Shown: positions 8,816 through 18,226, numbered from the stretch's first letter. The stretch: DNA of 64,000 nucleotides from a candidate division FCPU426 bacterium (GCA_963847625.1 CAWKAR010000050.1:78074-142073); one strand, 5' to 3'. Made by a program: numbers and translations. The notes: a model not told the origin generated them from the letters alone.

Positions 8816-9670
8816 TCATCCGAAATTTCCCGTTTGGTAATCCAGGAAGGCCTGCTTCAACTCGCCGGGGGTGTTCATGACGAAGGGGCCTCCCCGGGCG
8901 ATGGGTTCCCCGATTTTTTGGGCCGCAGCGAACAAGAAGTGAGCTTTATCTCCGCTTGAAGCCATGAGATGAACCTCGTCTCCCTCGCCTAATACCCCCA
9001 AATACCCGGCTTTTACCGTAATTAATTTTTTATCCACCATCGTTTCGACTTGCCCCTCGATGACATAGACAAAGGCGTTTTGATTTATTGGAACCGGATG
9101 TTTGAATTCCGCGCCAGGATCCAATGTCACGTCAAAATAACTGAAGGGGATGCGGCTTCGGGCCGGGCTTTTCTTGCCGCCGTATTCTCCGGCAAGTATT
9201 TTCACTCGCACCCCGTCCCGCTGGACCACCGGCAAAGCCTCCGAAGGGATGTCCTGGTAATAGGGATCGATCATTTTCAACTTGGCGGGCAGGTTCAGCC
9301 AAAGCTGGTAGCCCCAGGAAAGGCCGTCGGTTTGCTCGGGCATCTCGCTGTGGATGATCCCCTTGCCCGCGGTCATCCATTGGATGGCCCCGGTTTTCAA
9401 ATGTCCCTCATGACCCCGGGAGTCCCGGTGGGTGAAGTTGCCGGCCATAAGGTAAGTCACTGTCTCGAAACCCCGGTGGGGGTGGTCGGGAAAGCCCGCC
9501 TGGTAATCCTCCGGGTCATCATTCTTGAACTCATCCAAGAGAAGAAAGGGATCCAAATGGTCCAGTTCCGGCGAAGCGATGATTCGCTTGAGCTTCACCC
9601 CGGCACCGTCGGAAGTGTCCCTTCCCCGGATGATTTTCACGATCGGTCGTAAGATTGCGGTCTGGTTCAT
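8816..9670 (-). CDS. Pirin family protein
   Basis: DPFLLLD, HPHRGFETVTY, WMTAGKGIIHSE and GPFVMN motifs. Confidence 0.95.
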   Translation of the reverse strand: MNQTAILRPIVKIIRGRDTSDGAGVKLKRIIASPELDHLDPFLLLDEFKNDDPEDYQAGFPDHPHRGFETVTYLMAGNFTHRDSRGHEGHLKTGAIQWMTAGKGIIHSEMPEQTDGLSWGYQLWLNLPAKLKMIDPYYQDIPSEALPVVQRDGVRVKILAGEYGGKKSPARSRIPFSYFDVTLDPGAEFKHPVPINQNAFVYVIEGQVETMVDKKLITVKAGYLGVLGEGDEVHLMASSGDKAHFLFAAAQKIGEPIARGGPFVMNTPGELKQAFLDYQTGNFG

Positions 9671-9787
9671 GACAACCTCCCCTTTTCATTACCTTTATGA
9701 ATTTTGGGGATGAAAAACCAGTAGTTACTTCGGGGAGAGTGGGTAGATTAAAAGAGATACAGCCAACACATCTTAAAAAATAATCAC

Positions 9788-9911
9788 TAGCCACAGATGC
9801 ATGGGATTAATGGGATCTATTTAAAATTCAAAATTAAGAATTTAAAATTCATTCATGTGGTTTCCATGAATGTATTGGTTTATCTAAATGCATCCCCTGA
9901 ATCCGTGGCTA
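9788..9911. repeat. Uninterrupted copy of the palindromic host repeat, with internal heptamer tract
   Basis: TAGCCACAGAT...ATCCGTGGCTA terminal IR; AAAATTC-like 7-mers at 9821-9850; inner hairpin CATTCATG/CATGAATG. Confidence 0.8.
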
Positions 9912-9934
9912 AGCCATTGCTTTATTTTGATGAT

Positions 9935-10792
9935 TTAACTTCTCGCCTGGACCAGCCAGACCAGCACCGACGCGGCAAGGCAGTAGAATCCAAAATAGTT
10001 CCAACGGCCCTTTTCCAGCCAACTGGAGAGCCATCCTAGCGCCAGGAGGCCCGCGGCGAAGCTCAGGCAGGTTCCCAGGAGGCTCGGAAGAAACAAGTGG
10101 CCCAGGTTTCCCGACGCGGCGCCCCATGCCGACTGGGCTTTCCAAAAACGAAGAATCTCCTTGCCCAAGGCAAAGGGCGTGATGGCCAGGGCCAGGGCAA
10201 AACTGAATTCCTCGGCTTTCCTGCGGGTCAAGCCCAAGAGGAGCCCGGTGGAGATGGTCGCGCCGGAGCGGGAAAATCCACGGAAAGGAAGGCAAAGCCC
10301 CTGGGCCAGTCCGATCCAGGAGGACTCCGAGGGGCCCAGTTTTTTTTCTTCCTTTTTCCCGGCATCTTTCCGGGAGGAAACGAGAATGAGGATTCCCGCG
10401 GCGGCCAAGGCGATGGAAATGAGCCGGAGATTGCCGAAGAGCATCTCCACTTCCGCGTTAGGCGTCCCCCGGAGCGCCACCTTTTCGATCAATTTCATCA
10501 GGATAAAACCCGCCCCGAGCGTCACCAGGGTCGCCAATAAGACTTGTTTCAGGAACGCGATGGCCCTTTCGCGGGAGTCGAAGTAATTGTTTTTCCAGTC
10601 CTCCCAGAAATAAACCAAAACCGCGAGCATGGTTCCGGTGTGGAGCGCCACGAGAAAAAGGGTCATGGAGGGGTCGGTGGGGTCCAGCCCCAGCAGTTTT
10701 TCGGCCAGGATCACGTGGGCGGAACTGGAGACGGGGAGAAGCTCGGCCAGGCCCTGGACCACGGCCAAGAAGGCGATTTGAAAAAGGTTCAA
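9935..10792 (-). CDS. uppP: Undecaprenyl-diphosphate phosphatase
   Basis: QGLAELLPVSSSAH and GFSRSGATI motifs; multiple TM segments. Confidence 0.93.
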   Translation of the reverse strand: MNLFQIAFLAVVQGLAELLPVSSSAHVILAEKLLGLDPTDPSMTLFLVALHTGTMLAVLVYFWEDWKNNYFDSRERAIAFLKQVLLATLVTLGAGFILMKLIEKVALRGTPNAEVEMLFGNLRLISIALAAAGILILVSSRKDAGKKEEKKLGPSESSWIGLAQGLCLPFRGFSRSGATISTGLLLGLTRRKAEEFSFALALAITPFALGKEILRFWKAQSAWGAASGNLGHLFLPSLLGTCLSFAAGLLALGWLSSWLEKGRWNYFGFYCLAASVLVWLVQARS

Positions 10793-11025
10793 GTGGGGTT
10801 CCTTTCCCGACCCGAGGGGTCGTCCCTTGACGGCGGATAAGATACCCTAAAGTTCCCGGGAACGCTTCAGGAAAGGTGGGCGATCGGAAAAATATTGTGC
10901 CGGGCTGGTCGCTCGTAGGCAATGGCTTGATGGAATGTCCCTTGACTCAGGCGAATTTCGGACTCAATACTTATACCAAAGGGTTGAAAAGAGATGATCT
11001 TGCCAACACATTCGGGAGGAAACCT

Positions 11026-11409
11026 ATGATGGGTCTTTTTCTTTTAATCGGCGTGGCGGCGGGCGTGGCGGCGGGTTTTTTCGGCGTGGGAGGAGGCATC
11101 CTCATCGTCCCGGCCCTGACTTTCCTGGCGGGTTTCACCCAGGAGAAGGCCACGGGGACCAGCCTGGCGGTGCTTCTACCGCCCGTGGGGCTGATGGCGG
11201 TGCTGGAGTATTACCGGCACGGCAACGTGGACTTGAAAGCGGGCCTGATCATCGCTTGCGGATTGGTGCTGGGAGCCTGGATGGGCGCGATGGGGGCCCA
11301 CAAGATCGGGGAGGCGTGGTTGAAAATGTACTTCGGATTGTTTTTAACCCTGATTGGGGTTTGGGTCATCGTATCGGCCCTCAAGGGATTGCCGGTCAAA
11401 TCGTTGTGA
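11026..11409 (+). CDS. TauE/SafE (TSUP) family membrane protein, half-size
   Basis: AGFFGVGGG..VP and ATGTSL motifs; GGAGG before ATG 11026. Confidence 0.88.
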   Translation: MMGLFLLIGVAAGVAAGFFGVGGGILIVPALTFLAGFTQEKATGTSLAVLLPPVGLMAVLEYYRHGNVDLKAGLIIACGLVLGAWMGAMGAHKIGEAWLKMYFGLFLTLIGVWVIVSALKGLPVKSL

Positions 11410-11440
11410 ACAACTATGATTCAACTAAATTATATTTAAT

Positions 11441-11593
11441 CTGTCATCGCGAGGAGCAGCCCCAATCGGGGTGGTTTGCGACGTGGCGACCCCAGTTCGC
11501 CGTATGATTTGGGTTTGTTTGTGAGCTTATTTATACTGAGGTTGCTTCCTCGTTATCGTCCGCCTATTCGGCGGCCACTCGTCGCAATGACAG
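11441..11593. repeat. Palindromic REP-like element (CTGTCATCGCGA...TCGCAATGACAG)
   Basis: 12-bp terminal IR with one mismatch plus internal hairpins; lies between convergent genes. Confidence 0.8.
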
Positions 11594-11645
11594 TCAAACA
11601 AAGCTTAAAAATTTTTCATCAGCAAAAATCAAAAAGAAAAGATTT

Positions 11646-12269
11646 TCAGGGGTTTTTGTATTTGACGCCACAGCCGTAGGGAACCGTCGTCTTGACGGAA
11701 ACCTCCCGACCCGACATGGCTTCCCGCAGGGCTTGGTCCGCGTAATTCAGGTAGGGTTTCCCATCCTTGGTGCTTTCGGAAAAATCATCCTCCAGGGGGG
11801 CGTTGTCCACCGCGCCGTCGTAAATCAGGACGCCCTTGGGATCGATGACGAACAGATGGGGCGTGGTTTTGGCCCCGTATGCGTGCCCGATCACCCCGGA
11901 TGGGTCCAGGAGGGTCGCGGTGGGGACGGCGCCGTTGCGGCTCACGTCCAAATTGGCTTTCCTCGCCGTCACATAACCGTCTTTGCCGGGCGCTGAGGAA
12001 ATGACCTGGAACCAAATCACGCCCTTTTTGGTCCATTCCTGCTGGAGCTTTTGCATTTTTCCCTTGTACTGGCTTTGGGTGAAGGGGCAGTCATGATTGT
12101 GCCACTCCAGGACCACGAACTTTCCTCTGTATTCGGACAGTTTCCTTATTTTTCCATGGCTGTCCTTGCCCGTGAATTCCGGCGCCTTTTCTCCCACCCT
12201 TGCCGCCTGGACATTGGTAGCTGCGAACCCCAAGGCCAGCATTCCCAGAATGAAGATTGTTTTTTTCAC
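11646..12269 (-). CDS. Exported redoxin / AhpC-TSA family protein
   Basis: Signal peptide; APEFT, VVLEWHNHDCPF, YGAKTTPH and PYGCGVKY motifs. GTG start inferred. Confidence 0.9.
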   Translation of the reverse strand: MKKTIFILGMLALGFAATNVQAARVGEKAPEFTGKDSHGKIRKLSEYRGKFVVLEWHNHDCPFTQSQYKGKMQKLQQEWTKKGVIWFQVISSAPGKDGYVTARKANLDVSRNGAVPTATLLDPSGVIGHAYGAKTTPHLFVIDPKGVLIYDGAVDNAPLEDDFSESTKDGKPYLNYADQALREAMSGREVSVKTTVPYGCGVKYKNP

Positions 12270-12292
12270 TGAGGTCTTCCTTAAAATCCGTT

Positions 12293-12844
12293 CTATTTGG
12301 TTAAAACCGCCGCTCGGCTGCGCCAAATCCGGGGGCGGCCCGATTCCCGGAACCCGGCGGCCTTGGCCAGGCCGAGGGACTCCTCGAAAGCCGCCGCATT
12401 GACGTGGCCCGAGGGTTCGGCGAACAAAAGACGCCCGCCCGGCTTGAGGACACCCGACATTTCCGCCCAGAATTTTTTTTGGTCCGGAAGTTCATGCACG
12501 ACCGCGAAGGCCAGGGCGAAATCCGCCTGATGATTCAAGTCCCGCAGGCCCATTTCCCCCGTGGCTGGCGCGAGGCGGGTTTCAAGGCGTCCGGACAATC
12601 CGGCTTTCACCGCCCTGGACTTCAGGGTTTCCAGCATTTTGGACTGGACGTCCACCGCGACCACACGGCCTTTTTCCCCGACCCTCCGGGCGAGTTCCAA
12701 GGTGAAATAACCCATGCCCGGCCCCGGCTCCACGACCGTCATGCCTTCGCTTACGAAGGGTTCCAAGATCCGCGCGGGGTCCTGGACCCACTTTCGGAAA
12801 GGGATTAAAAGGAAGTAACCCAACCACCAGGGACAAATATGCAT
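12293..12844 (-). CDS. Class I SAM-dependent methyltransferase
   Basis: VVEPGPGMGYF, VVAVD and LKPGG motifs. Confidence 0.9.
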   Translation of the reverse strand: MHICPWWLGYFLLIPFRKWVQDPARILEPFVSEGMTVVEPGPGMGYFTLELARRVGEKGRVVAVDVQSKMLETLKSRAVKAGLSGRLETRLAPATGEMGLRDLNHQADFALAFAVVHELPDQKKFWAEMSGVLKPGGRLLFAEPSGHVNAAAFEESLGLAKAAGFRESGRPRIWRSRAAVLTK

Positions 12845-12860
12845 CTGTTCTCCTTGTTGT

Positions 12861-13502
12861 TTAACCGCGCTCGCCCTTTTGCCACATCTCATAGCTGAGG
12901 CGGGGGATATTCATGAAGGCGTCCCGGGTGCGCACATAGTTGCCGGTGCCATTCATCCGGCCCAAGGCATGGAGTTCCTGGGCGAGGATGTACGGGCCCT
13001 GGGGGTCGATGAACCGGTCCTCCACAAAAACCGCCACGACTTCCCCCAGGATGATGCGCGACCGGCCCGGTTTCAAAGTCTCATAGGTCCGGCACTCCAG
13101 CGCGGCATGGGACTCCTTGACGCGGGGAACGGTCACTATCGAGGAGGCCTCCGCCGTCAGGCCCGCCATTTCCAGCTCACTCACTTCGGGAGGAAACTCC
13201 ACCCCGCAGATGTTCATCTGCCGGGCGATGTCCTCGGTAACGATGTTGACTACGAACTCGCCCGAAAGCTCGATGTTGCGGGCCGTGTCCTTGACTCCAT
13301 CCCCCTCTCCCGATTTCCCCGCGATCCCCAAACCCACGATGGGGGGGTCCAGGCAGAGGTAGTTGTAGGCGCTGAAAGGGGCGGCGTTGAGCCGTCCGCC
13401 GGGGCCGAGGGTCGTGACCAGGGCGATGGGGCGCGGGGCGATCAAGCCCATCATGAGATTATAAACCTCGCGCAGGGGGGATTTTTTCAGGTCAAAGTTC
13501 AT
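12861..13502 (-). CDS. Flavin reductase-like (DIM6/NTAB) family protein
   Basis: PRPIALVTT, NAAPFS and KDTARNI..GEFVVN motifs. Confidence 0.9.
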   Translation of the reverse strand: MNFDLKKSPLREVYNLMMGLIAPRPIALVTTLGPGGRLNAAPFSAYNYLCLDPPIVGLGIAGKSGEGDGVKDTARNIELSGEFVVNIVTEDIARQMNICGVEFPPEVSELEMAGLTAEASSIVTVPRVKESHAALECRTYETLKPGRSRIILGEVVAVFVEDRFIDPQGPYILAQELHALGRMNGTGNYVRTRDAFMNIPRLSYEMWQKGERG

Positions 13503-13608
13503 TTTTGTAACTCCCAATTTGATTGGATTGCGGTTTCTTTGGTTCAAGCAAACCCATGAAAAGGATATGAATTGTTACCGGAATAATAAAGGGAATATGG
13601 TTTTTTGT

Positions 13609-13635
13609 TAAAGGGCGTTGAAATTATGCCGTTAG
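13609..13635 (+). promoter_or_regulatory. Putative sigma-28 (FliA) promoter
   Basis: TAAA-N15-GCCGTTAG versus consensus TAAA-N15-GCCGATAA, 54 bp upstream of the ATG. Confidence 0.6.
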
Positions 13636-13689
13636 GATGGTTATAAACCGAAGCCTCTCAACCGGGGCCAACCTTTAGAGGAATTCATC

Positions 13690-14043
13690 ATGACTTCTAT
13701 CCCGAACATCAGCCCGAATATTCAGGCCGCCCTAAGCCGGGATACTTCCTTGAAGTCCATTACCGTGGCGGACCCATTCGCCAACCTGGTCAACGATCTC
13801 CTGGCCCAAAATTCCCCATCAGCCCAACCAGGCGAAAACGCTATTCAAGCCCAGGAGCGGATCGCCGATTTCCAGCGGAAACTGGCGCTTCTCTCTGGAA
13901 TAGCCCAACAGGCCCAGGAAGCCCTAAGCGGTCAAAAACCCATTCCGGGCGGATTTACCACTCCCGAGGAACAGGAATATTATTTCGCGGAATCCCAGCT
14001 CCGGCAAGTCGGACTTCCAGGAGCCGTCCTCGACGTGGTTTGA
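13690..14043 (+). CDS. Hypothetical protein, possibly motility-related
   Basis: GAGGA Shine-Dalgarno, its own promoter and terminator; ends GAVLDVV. Confidence 0.65.
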   Translation: MTSIPNISPNIQAALSRDTSLKSITVADPFANLVNDLLAQNSPSAQPGENAIQAQERIADFQRKLALLSGIAQQAQEALSGQKPIPGGFTTPEEQEYYFAESQLRQVGLPGAVLDVV

Positions 14044-14062
14044 GGGCGCATAGCTAAAAAAC

Positions 14063-14097
14063 AAAAAGGCCCCAGGAGATTTCCTGGAGCCTTTTTT
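14063..14097. terminator. Bidirectional rho-independent terminator
   Basis: AAAAAGGCCCCAGGA-GATT-TCCTGGAGCCTTTTTT between convergent genes. Confidence 0.85.
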
Positions 14098-14110
14098 ATC
14101 CTCTTGAGGA

Positions 14111-15571
14111 TTAAAAGAAAGCCGATATCTGCAAGCCTCCGAAAGGACCGCTCAGGTCCAACTGAAAGGGCTTGGAGTTGGCCGGCGAGCTGGTGGAGGG
14201 GGTCAGAAGCGTCACGCTGGGAGCATAAGTAATCATTTGCAGGGAGTAGGAACTGTTTTTAAAGGAATTGGCTGTCGCCGTTTCGTATCCCCCGTAAAGC
14301 GCGACCCCGGCTGAATCCCCAAGCTTGAGATCCAAACCCACCTGCCCCTGGCCGCCGGCGCCCATGCACGAATAGGTTCCGGCCGCACCCGTGGAGGGAG
14401 TGCTCGTGTAATCTATGCTCATGGGCATCACGAATCCGCCCAGGCAGATGAAAGGCCTTAAATCGCCATCGCCGATCAAGTACCTGATGTTCAATCCCGC
14501 GGAAAAAGCGCTGATGTCCAATGACCTGGTTCCCGTAACCAAGGGAGTTAAAGTTGATGGCGAGGAAAGGGCGCCAGTTTCAGTGAATTTCCCGACCGGC
14601 AAGTAAGCCAGGGGAATTCCGATTTCCAGGTTGCTTCCGATACTCACAACGGGTTCCAGGCCCACTTGTAGGGTGCTGGTTGGTATCTTGGCGTCGTAGT
14701 TGTCCGAACCATTCCCGGCCAGTTGGGAAATGGCCACGAGGGTTTGCACTGATTGCGCGTGGGTGACCAAGTCGGCAAGGTTGATCGAGACGACGGAAGG
14801 TTCCAATCGAATTCCGAACGCGGTTCCCTTGTGGACTTTAGGCGGTTTCGCGGCCGCGGCCACTTGGGCGTCCACCCACTGTTGGTCGGCGGGTGAGAGC
14901 CTGGCCTTCACCTGGGCGAGATAATTCTGGACGGTGGGGTTGGGCTGTTTTTGGTTGGACAGGGTCAAGGCCACCGCGCCGTTCTTCATGTCGCCGGACA
15001 CGACCTGACAGATGCCCAGGTAATAATAGGCCATCCCATCGTTCGGGTTTTGCTGGACAGCGGCCTGGAATTGGGGAATGGCCTGGGCATACTGCTTTTG
15101 CTGGTAGAGGGCGACCCCTTGGCTGAACGCGGTGGATGCCGCGGGTATCGCCGCCGGAGCCGCGGCCGCCGCCGCGGGGGCCGCTGTTGCCGCCGCAGGC
15201 TGTGCCGCCGCCGGAGAAGCCGCGGCCGGGACGCCAGCCGTGACGACCTTCGCCTGAAGGGTTTGTACGAAGGTGGCCAACTGGGTGTTGTTGGGCGTGA
15301 GAGCGAGGGTCTTTTGGTAATCGGCCAAGGCGTTCTGGTAATCCCCTTGCTGGTAATAACAATTGCCCCGGCTTTGCAGGGCGCCCGCGTTATTGGGGTC
15401 CATGTTCAGGGCCGCCGTGAAATACTGGATGGCTTGCGCGTAGTTCTTGGCGGTGTAGAACTGGAGTCCGGCGTTGTAATAATCGACCGCGGTAGCGGCC
15501 AAAGCCGCCGATGAAGCCAAGAATAAAACCGCGACCAACCCGAAACGGCGGAATAATTGAATGGGACCCAT
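14111..15571 (-). CDS. Exported TPR protein with probable C-terminal outer-membrane beta-barrel
   Basis: Signal peptide; two TPR blocks joined by an Ala/Pro linker; amphipathic beta-strands; terminal Phe. Confidence 0.75.
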   Translation of the reverse strand: MGPIQLFRRFGLVAVLFLASSAALAATAVDYYNAGLQFYTAKNYAQAIQYFTAALNMDPNNAGALQSRGNCYYQQGDYQNALADYQKTLALTPNNTQLATFVQTLQAKVVTAGVPAAASPAAAQPAAATAAPAAAAAAPAAIPAASTAFSQGVALYQQKQYAQAIPQFQAAVQQNPNDGMAYYYLGICQVVSGDMKNGAVALTLSNQKQPNPTVQNYLAQVKARLSPADQQWVDAQVAAAAKPPKVHKGTAFGIRLEPSVVSINLADLVTHAQSVQTLVAISQLAGNGSDNYDAKIPTSTLQVGLEPVVSIGSNLEIGIPLAYLPVGKFTETGALSSPSTLTPLVTGTRSLDISAFSAGLNIRYLIGDGDLRPFICLGGFVMPMSIDYTSTPSTGAAGTYSCMGAGGQGQVGLDLKLGDSAGVALYGGYETATANSFKNSSYSLQMITYAPSVTLLTPSTSSPANSKPFQLDLSGPFGGLQISAFF

Positions 15572-15715
15572 GAGACCTTCCTTTAAAACGAAATTTATTC
15601 CTGCAAACAGCGTATCCAAATGGAACAAAATAGGGTCTCCCCAGGCCCTGTTATAGGGAGAGATTTTACCAAGATTAACCGTTTTGGGTTAGGGAAAATC
15701 GGTTACCCGGGGGAT

Positions 15716-17731
15716 TTAGTCCTTTTTCCCGGCCCGCCGCCGGGCATCCTTCCATTTCCTGAAAAAATCGGGATTTTGAGGCTGGAGGCCCTCCGCTGTT
15801 TGGAAATTTTGGGCCGCTTCAGGGTATTTTCCTTGAAGCATGTCAATATCGCCCAACCGCCCATAAAAAAGGGCTTCCTTGGGCATCAACATGATTCCTT
15901 TTTTATACCAGGAGACCGCCTCCGCGAATTTCCGGCTTTTCATGTAAAGCGAACCCAGATTGTCCAGGTACTCGGCATTGAAAGGATCGAGCGAATAGGC
16001 GTTTTTAAACGCCTCCTCGGATTCCTTTAAACGCTTCAAGTTCCAGTAGGTGATACCCAGGTCCCGGTAAGCATCCCCGTAGCCGGGATTGATTTTGATG
16101 ACCTGCTGGATCGCCGATAAGGCTTCCAAATGCCGGTTCTTCAGTTCGTAGGCGTACCAGAGATGGTGGTATAAATCAGAAGGAGCCGCCTCTTGGTATA
16201 GGGCGAGGGCCTGGTTGAATTCCCCGATGGCCTCCTCCGGCCGGTTGATGGTCAGGAGGACCGTCCCTTTTTCCTCGTGGATATGGCCGCTGGTGGGGGG
16301 CAGAGCCAGGGCCAGGTCGTATTCCCGCAGGGCGTCGGCATGCCGGCCCGCCAATTCGTAAGACCGGGCCAGGTTGGCGTGGGGAACCTGGATGCCTTCC
16401 GGAAATAACCTCATGTCTTCCTCCCAAAGCGAGACCGAATTTCTCCAAATTGAAAGTTGCCGAAGGGTTCCCGCTCCCAGTCCGACCGTCAGGATGAAAC
16501 AGAGCAGCGCCAGGAGGGCTGTTTTTTTCGATAGGAGGGAAGAGAGATAAGTTGCGGCCACCAGGAAAATCCCAAGGCTGGGAAGGTAGGTGTACCGGTC
16601 GGCGGCCGCCTGGAGCCCTACCTGCGGGAAACCCAGGACTGGCACGAGGGTGATGAGGTAATAAACCCAGGCGGTGGCCAGGTAGGGCTTCTTTTTCATC
16701 AGGAGCAAGCAAGCCAGGAAAATCGCGAAAACCGCCAGAGCCGCGGCCCAATGGGAGAAAGTGTAAGTCTCCAGGTTGGGGTCCATCGGGTAAAAAGGCG
16801 CCAGGTGATAGGGCACTCCCATCTTCCAAAGGTAAAACCCCAGGGAATGGAAAGCGTTCATGATCCGGAAATCCAAGGGGAGTTTCTCCAGGGGCGTGAA
16901 TGCCCCCGCCTGGTATTGGGCGGTGGCGGTGACGATGCATACGCCCAAGGCCGCGAGAAAAAAAAGTATTTTCTCCGATATAAGTTTGGATAGGCCGGTC
17001 CGGAACCTCTCCAGGGGCCAGGCGTCCAGGAGAAGCAGAACCAGGGGCAGGGTGACGGCCATGGGTTTGGACATCAGGGCCATCAGGAACAGTCCCAGGC
17101 AGGCATAAAATTTCCAGGTTTTGGAAGGGAACTGGGAGGTGTGCTCGACATACATGAGAAGGCTGCCCAGGTAAAAGAAAGCGCACAGGACATCCCTGCG
17201 CTCCGCGGCCCAGGCCACCGATTCCACATGGAGGGGGTGGAGGCCGAATAAAAGCGCGCTCAACAGGGCGGCGGGAGCCAGGGGAAAGGCCGCTTGGAAC
17301 GTTGGTCCGCTGGGAGTCATTTGTTTTTGGGCCAATGCCAAGATACGGGCGGAAAGGAAAAATACCAGAAGGGTGTTGAGCGTGTGGAGGATCAGGTTAT
17401 GAAGATGGTAGACCCAGGGGTGAAAGCCGGCCAGCTGGCAGTCCAACGCCAGGGAAATCCAGGTAAGGGGAATCCAATTCCCGGTTTGGGAGGTGGACCA
17501 AATCCATTGGAAAAAAGTCAGGCCCATGGCCCGGATGTGTGGATTGTCGAAGATGAAGACCTGGTCATCCCAGATCACGAAATCATGGCGGACGATGGGC
17601 AGGTAAAAAAGAAAGGTGGCCAAGGCCGGTATCCAGGCCAGGATCCAAAGCTCTTTCTTGCCGGCCCAGGCGTTTAAAAAATCATTCCGGACCGGGGTAA
17701 CGGCGGCTTGATTTCCTGTTTCAGGCGGCAT
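15716..17731 (-). CDS. TMTC-like GT-C membrane glycosyltransferase with TPR tail
   Basis: FVIWDD, HPLHVESVAWAAERRD, SKPMAVTLP and ADRYTYLP motifs; many TM segments followed by TPRs. Confidence 0.85.
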   Translation of the reverse strand: MPPETGNQAAVTPVRNDFLNAWAGKKELWILAWIPALATFLFYLPIVRHDFVIWDDQVFIFDNPHIRAMGLTFFQWIWSTSQTGNWIPLTWISLALDCQLAGFHPWVYHLHNLILHTLNTLLVFFLSARILALAQKQMTPSGPTFQAAFPLAPAALLSALLFGLHPLHVESVAWAAERRDVLCAFFYLGSLLMYVEHTSQFPSKTWKFYACLGLFLMALMSKPMAVTLPLVLLLLDAWPLERFRTGLSKLISEKILFFLAALGVCIVTATAQYQAGAFTPLEKLPLDFRIMNAFHSLGFYLWKMGVPYHLAPFYPMDPNLETYTFSHWAAALAVFAIFLACLLLMKKKPYLATAWVYYLITLVPVLGFPQVGLQAAADRYTYLPSLGIFLVAATYLSSLLSKKTALLALLCFILTVGLGAGTLRQLSIWRNSVSLWEEDMRLFPEGIQVPHANLARSYELAGRHADALREYDLALALPPTSGHIHEEKGTVLLTINRPEEAIGEFNQALALYQEAAPSDLYHHLWYAYELKNRHLEALSAIQQVIKINPGYGDAYRDLGITYWNLKRLKESEEAFKNAYSLDPFNAEYLDNLGSLYMKSRKFAEAVSWYKKGIMLMPKEALFYGRLGDIDMLQGKYPEAAQNFQTAEGLQPQNPDFFRKWKDARRRAGKKD

Positions 17732-17895
17732 TTCATTCCTTAATTATTGGGGGAAATAACGCATTCTATCAGATGGCACTCATTGCAAAAAGCCGGGTTT
17801 CTTTAGAGCCATCCACTGCGCTTCCTGATATTCCCCTCCCGTTATTTAAAAAACAGGTGCGGTTTAACCGGTTTCATTTGACCCCCGCAGCCATT

Positions 17896-17911
17896 TGGCA
17901 CAGATTCTGCA
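17896..17911 (+). promoter_or_regulatory. Putative sigma-54 promoter
   Basis: TGGCACAGATTCTGCA has GG-N10-GC spacing and lies 29 bp before the ATG. Confidence 0.6.
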
Positions 17912-17939
17912 GGTATATAGGGCAAGGCAGGTGAGAGCC

Positions 17940-18119
17940 ATGGAAATCAGCTGCGAGGATGTAAGAAAAAGCCTTGAGGATTATCGGGAACACCGTTTGG
18001 GGCCGCCGCAAAAGGGACAAATCGAGAGGCATCTTTTCTATTGTCCCGAATGTATATTTCACTTGGCTCTGGTGACCGCCCGGAGCCTTGATCAGCAGGA
18101 GGTTTCGGCGGGAACTTGA
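17940..18119 (+). CDS. Small zf-HC2 (ZAS anti-sigma-like) zinc-finger protein
   Basis: ISCEDVR...HLFYCPEC gives an N-terminal Cys plus HxxxCxxC. Confidence 0.75.
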   Translation: MEISCEDVRKSLEDYREHRLGPPQKGQIERHLFYCPECIFHLALVTARSLDQQEVSAGT

Positions 18120-18140
18120 AAAGGAAGTTCTGTATAGCTT

Positions 18141-18176
18141 AAAGGCCCGGGTTTTCAATGGAAACCGGGCCTTTTT
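18141..18176. terminator. Rho-independent terminator, probably bidirectional
   Basis: AAAGGCCCGG...CCGGGCCTTTTT. Confidence 0.8.
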
Positions 18177-18226
18177 GTTTGAGGTGAAAAAAGCGGAGAA
18201 AATCCCCGGCTCCCTCGAATTATATT

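Noticed and set aside
17773..17787. TGGCACTCATTGCA as a sigma-54 site
   Set aside because: GG-to-GC spacing is 8, not 10.
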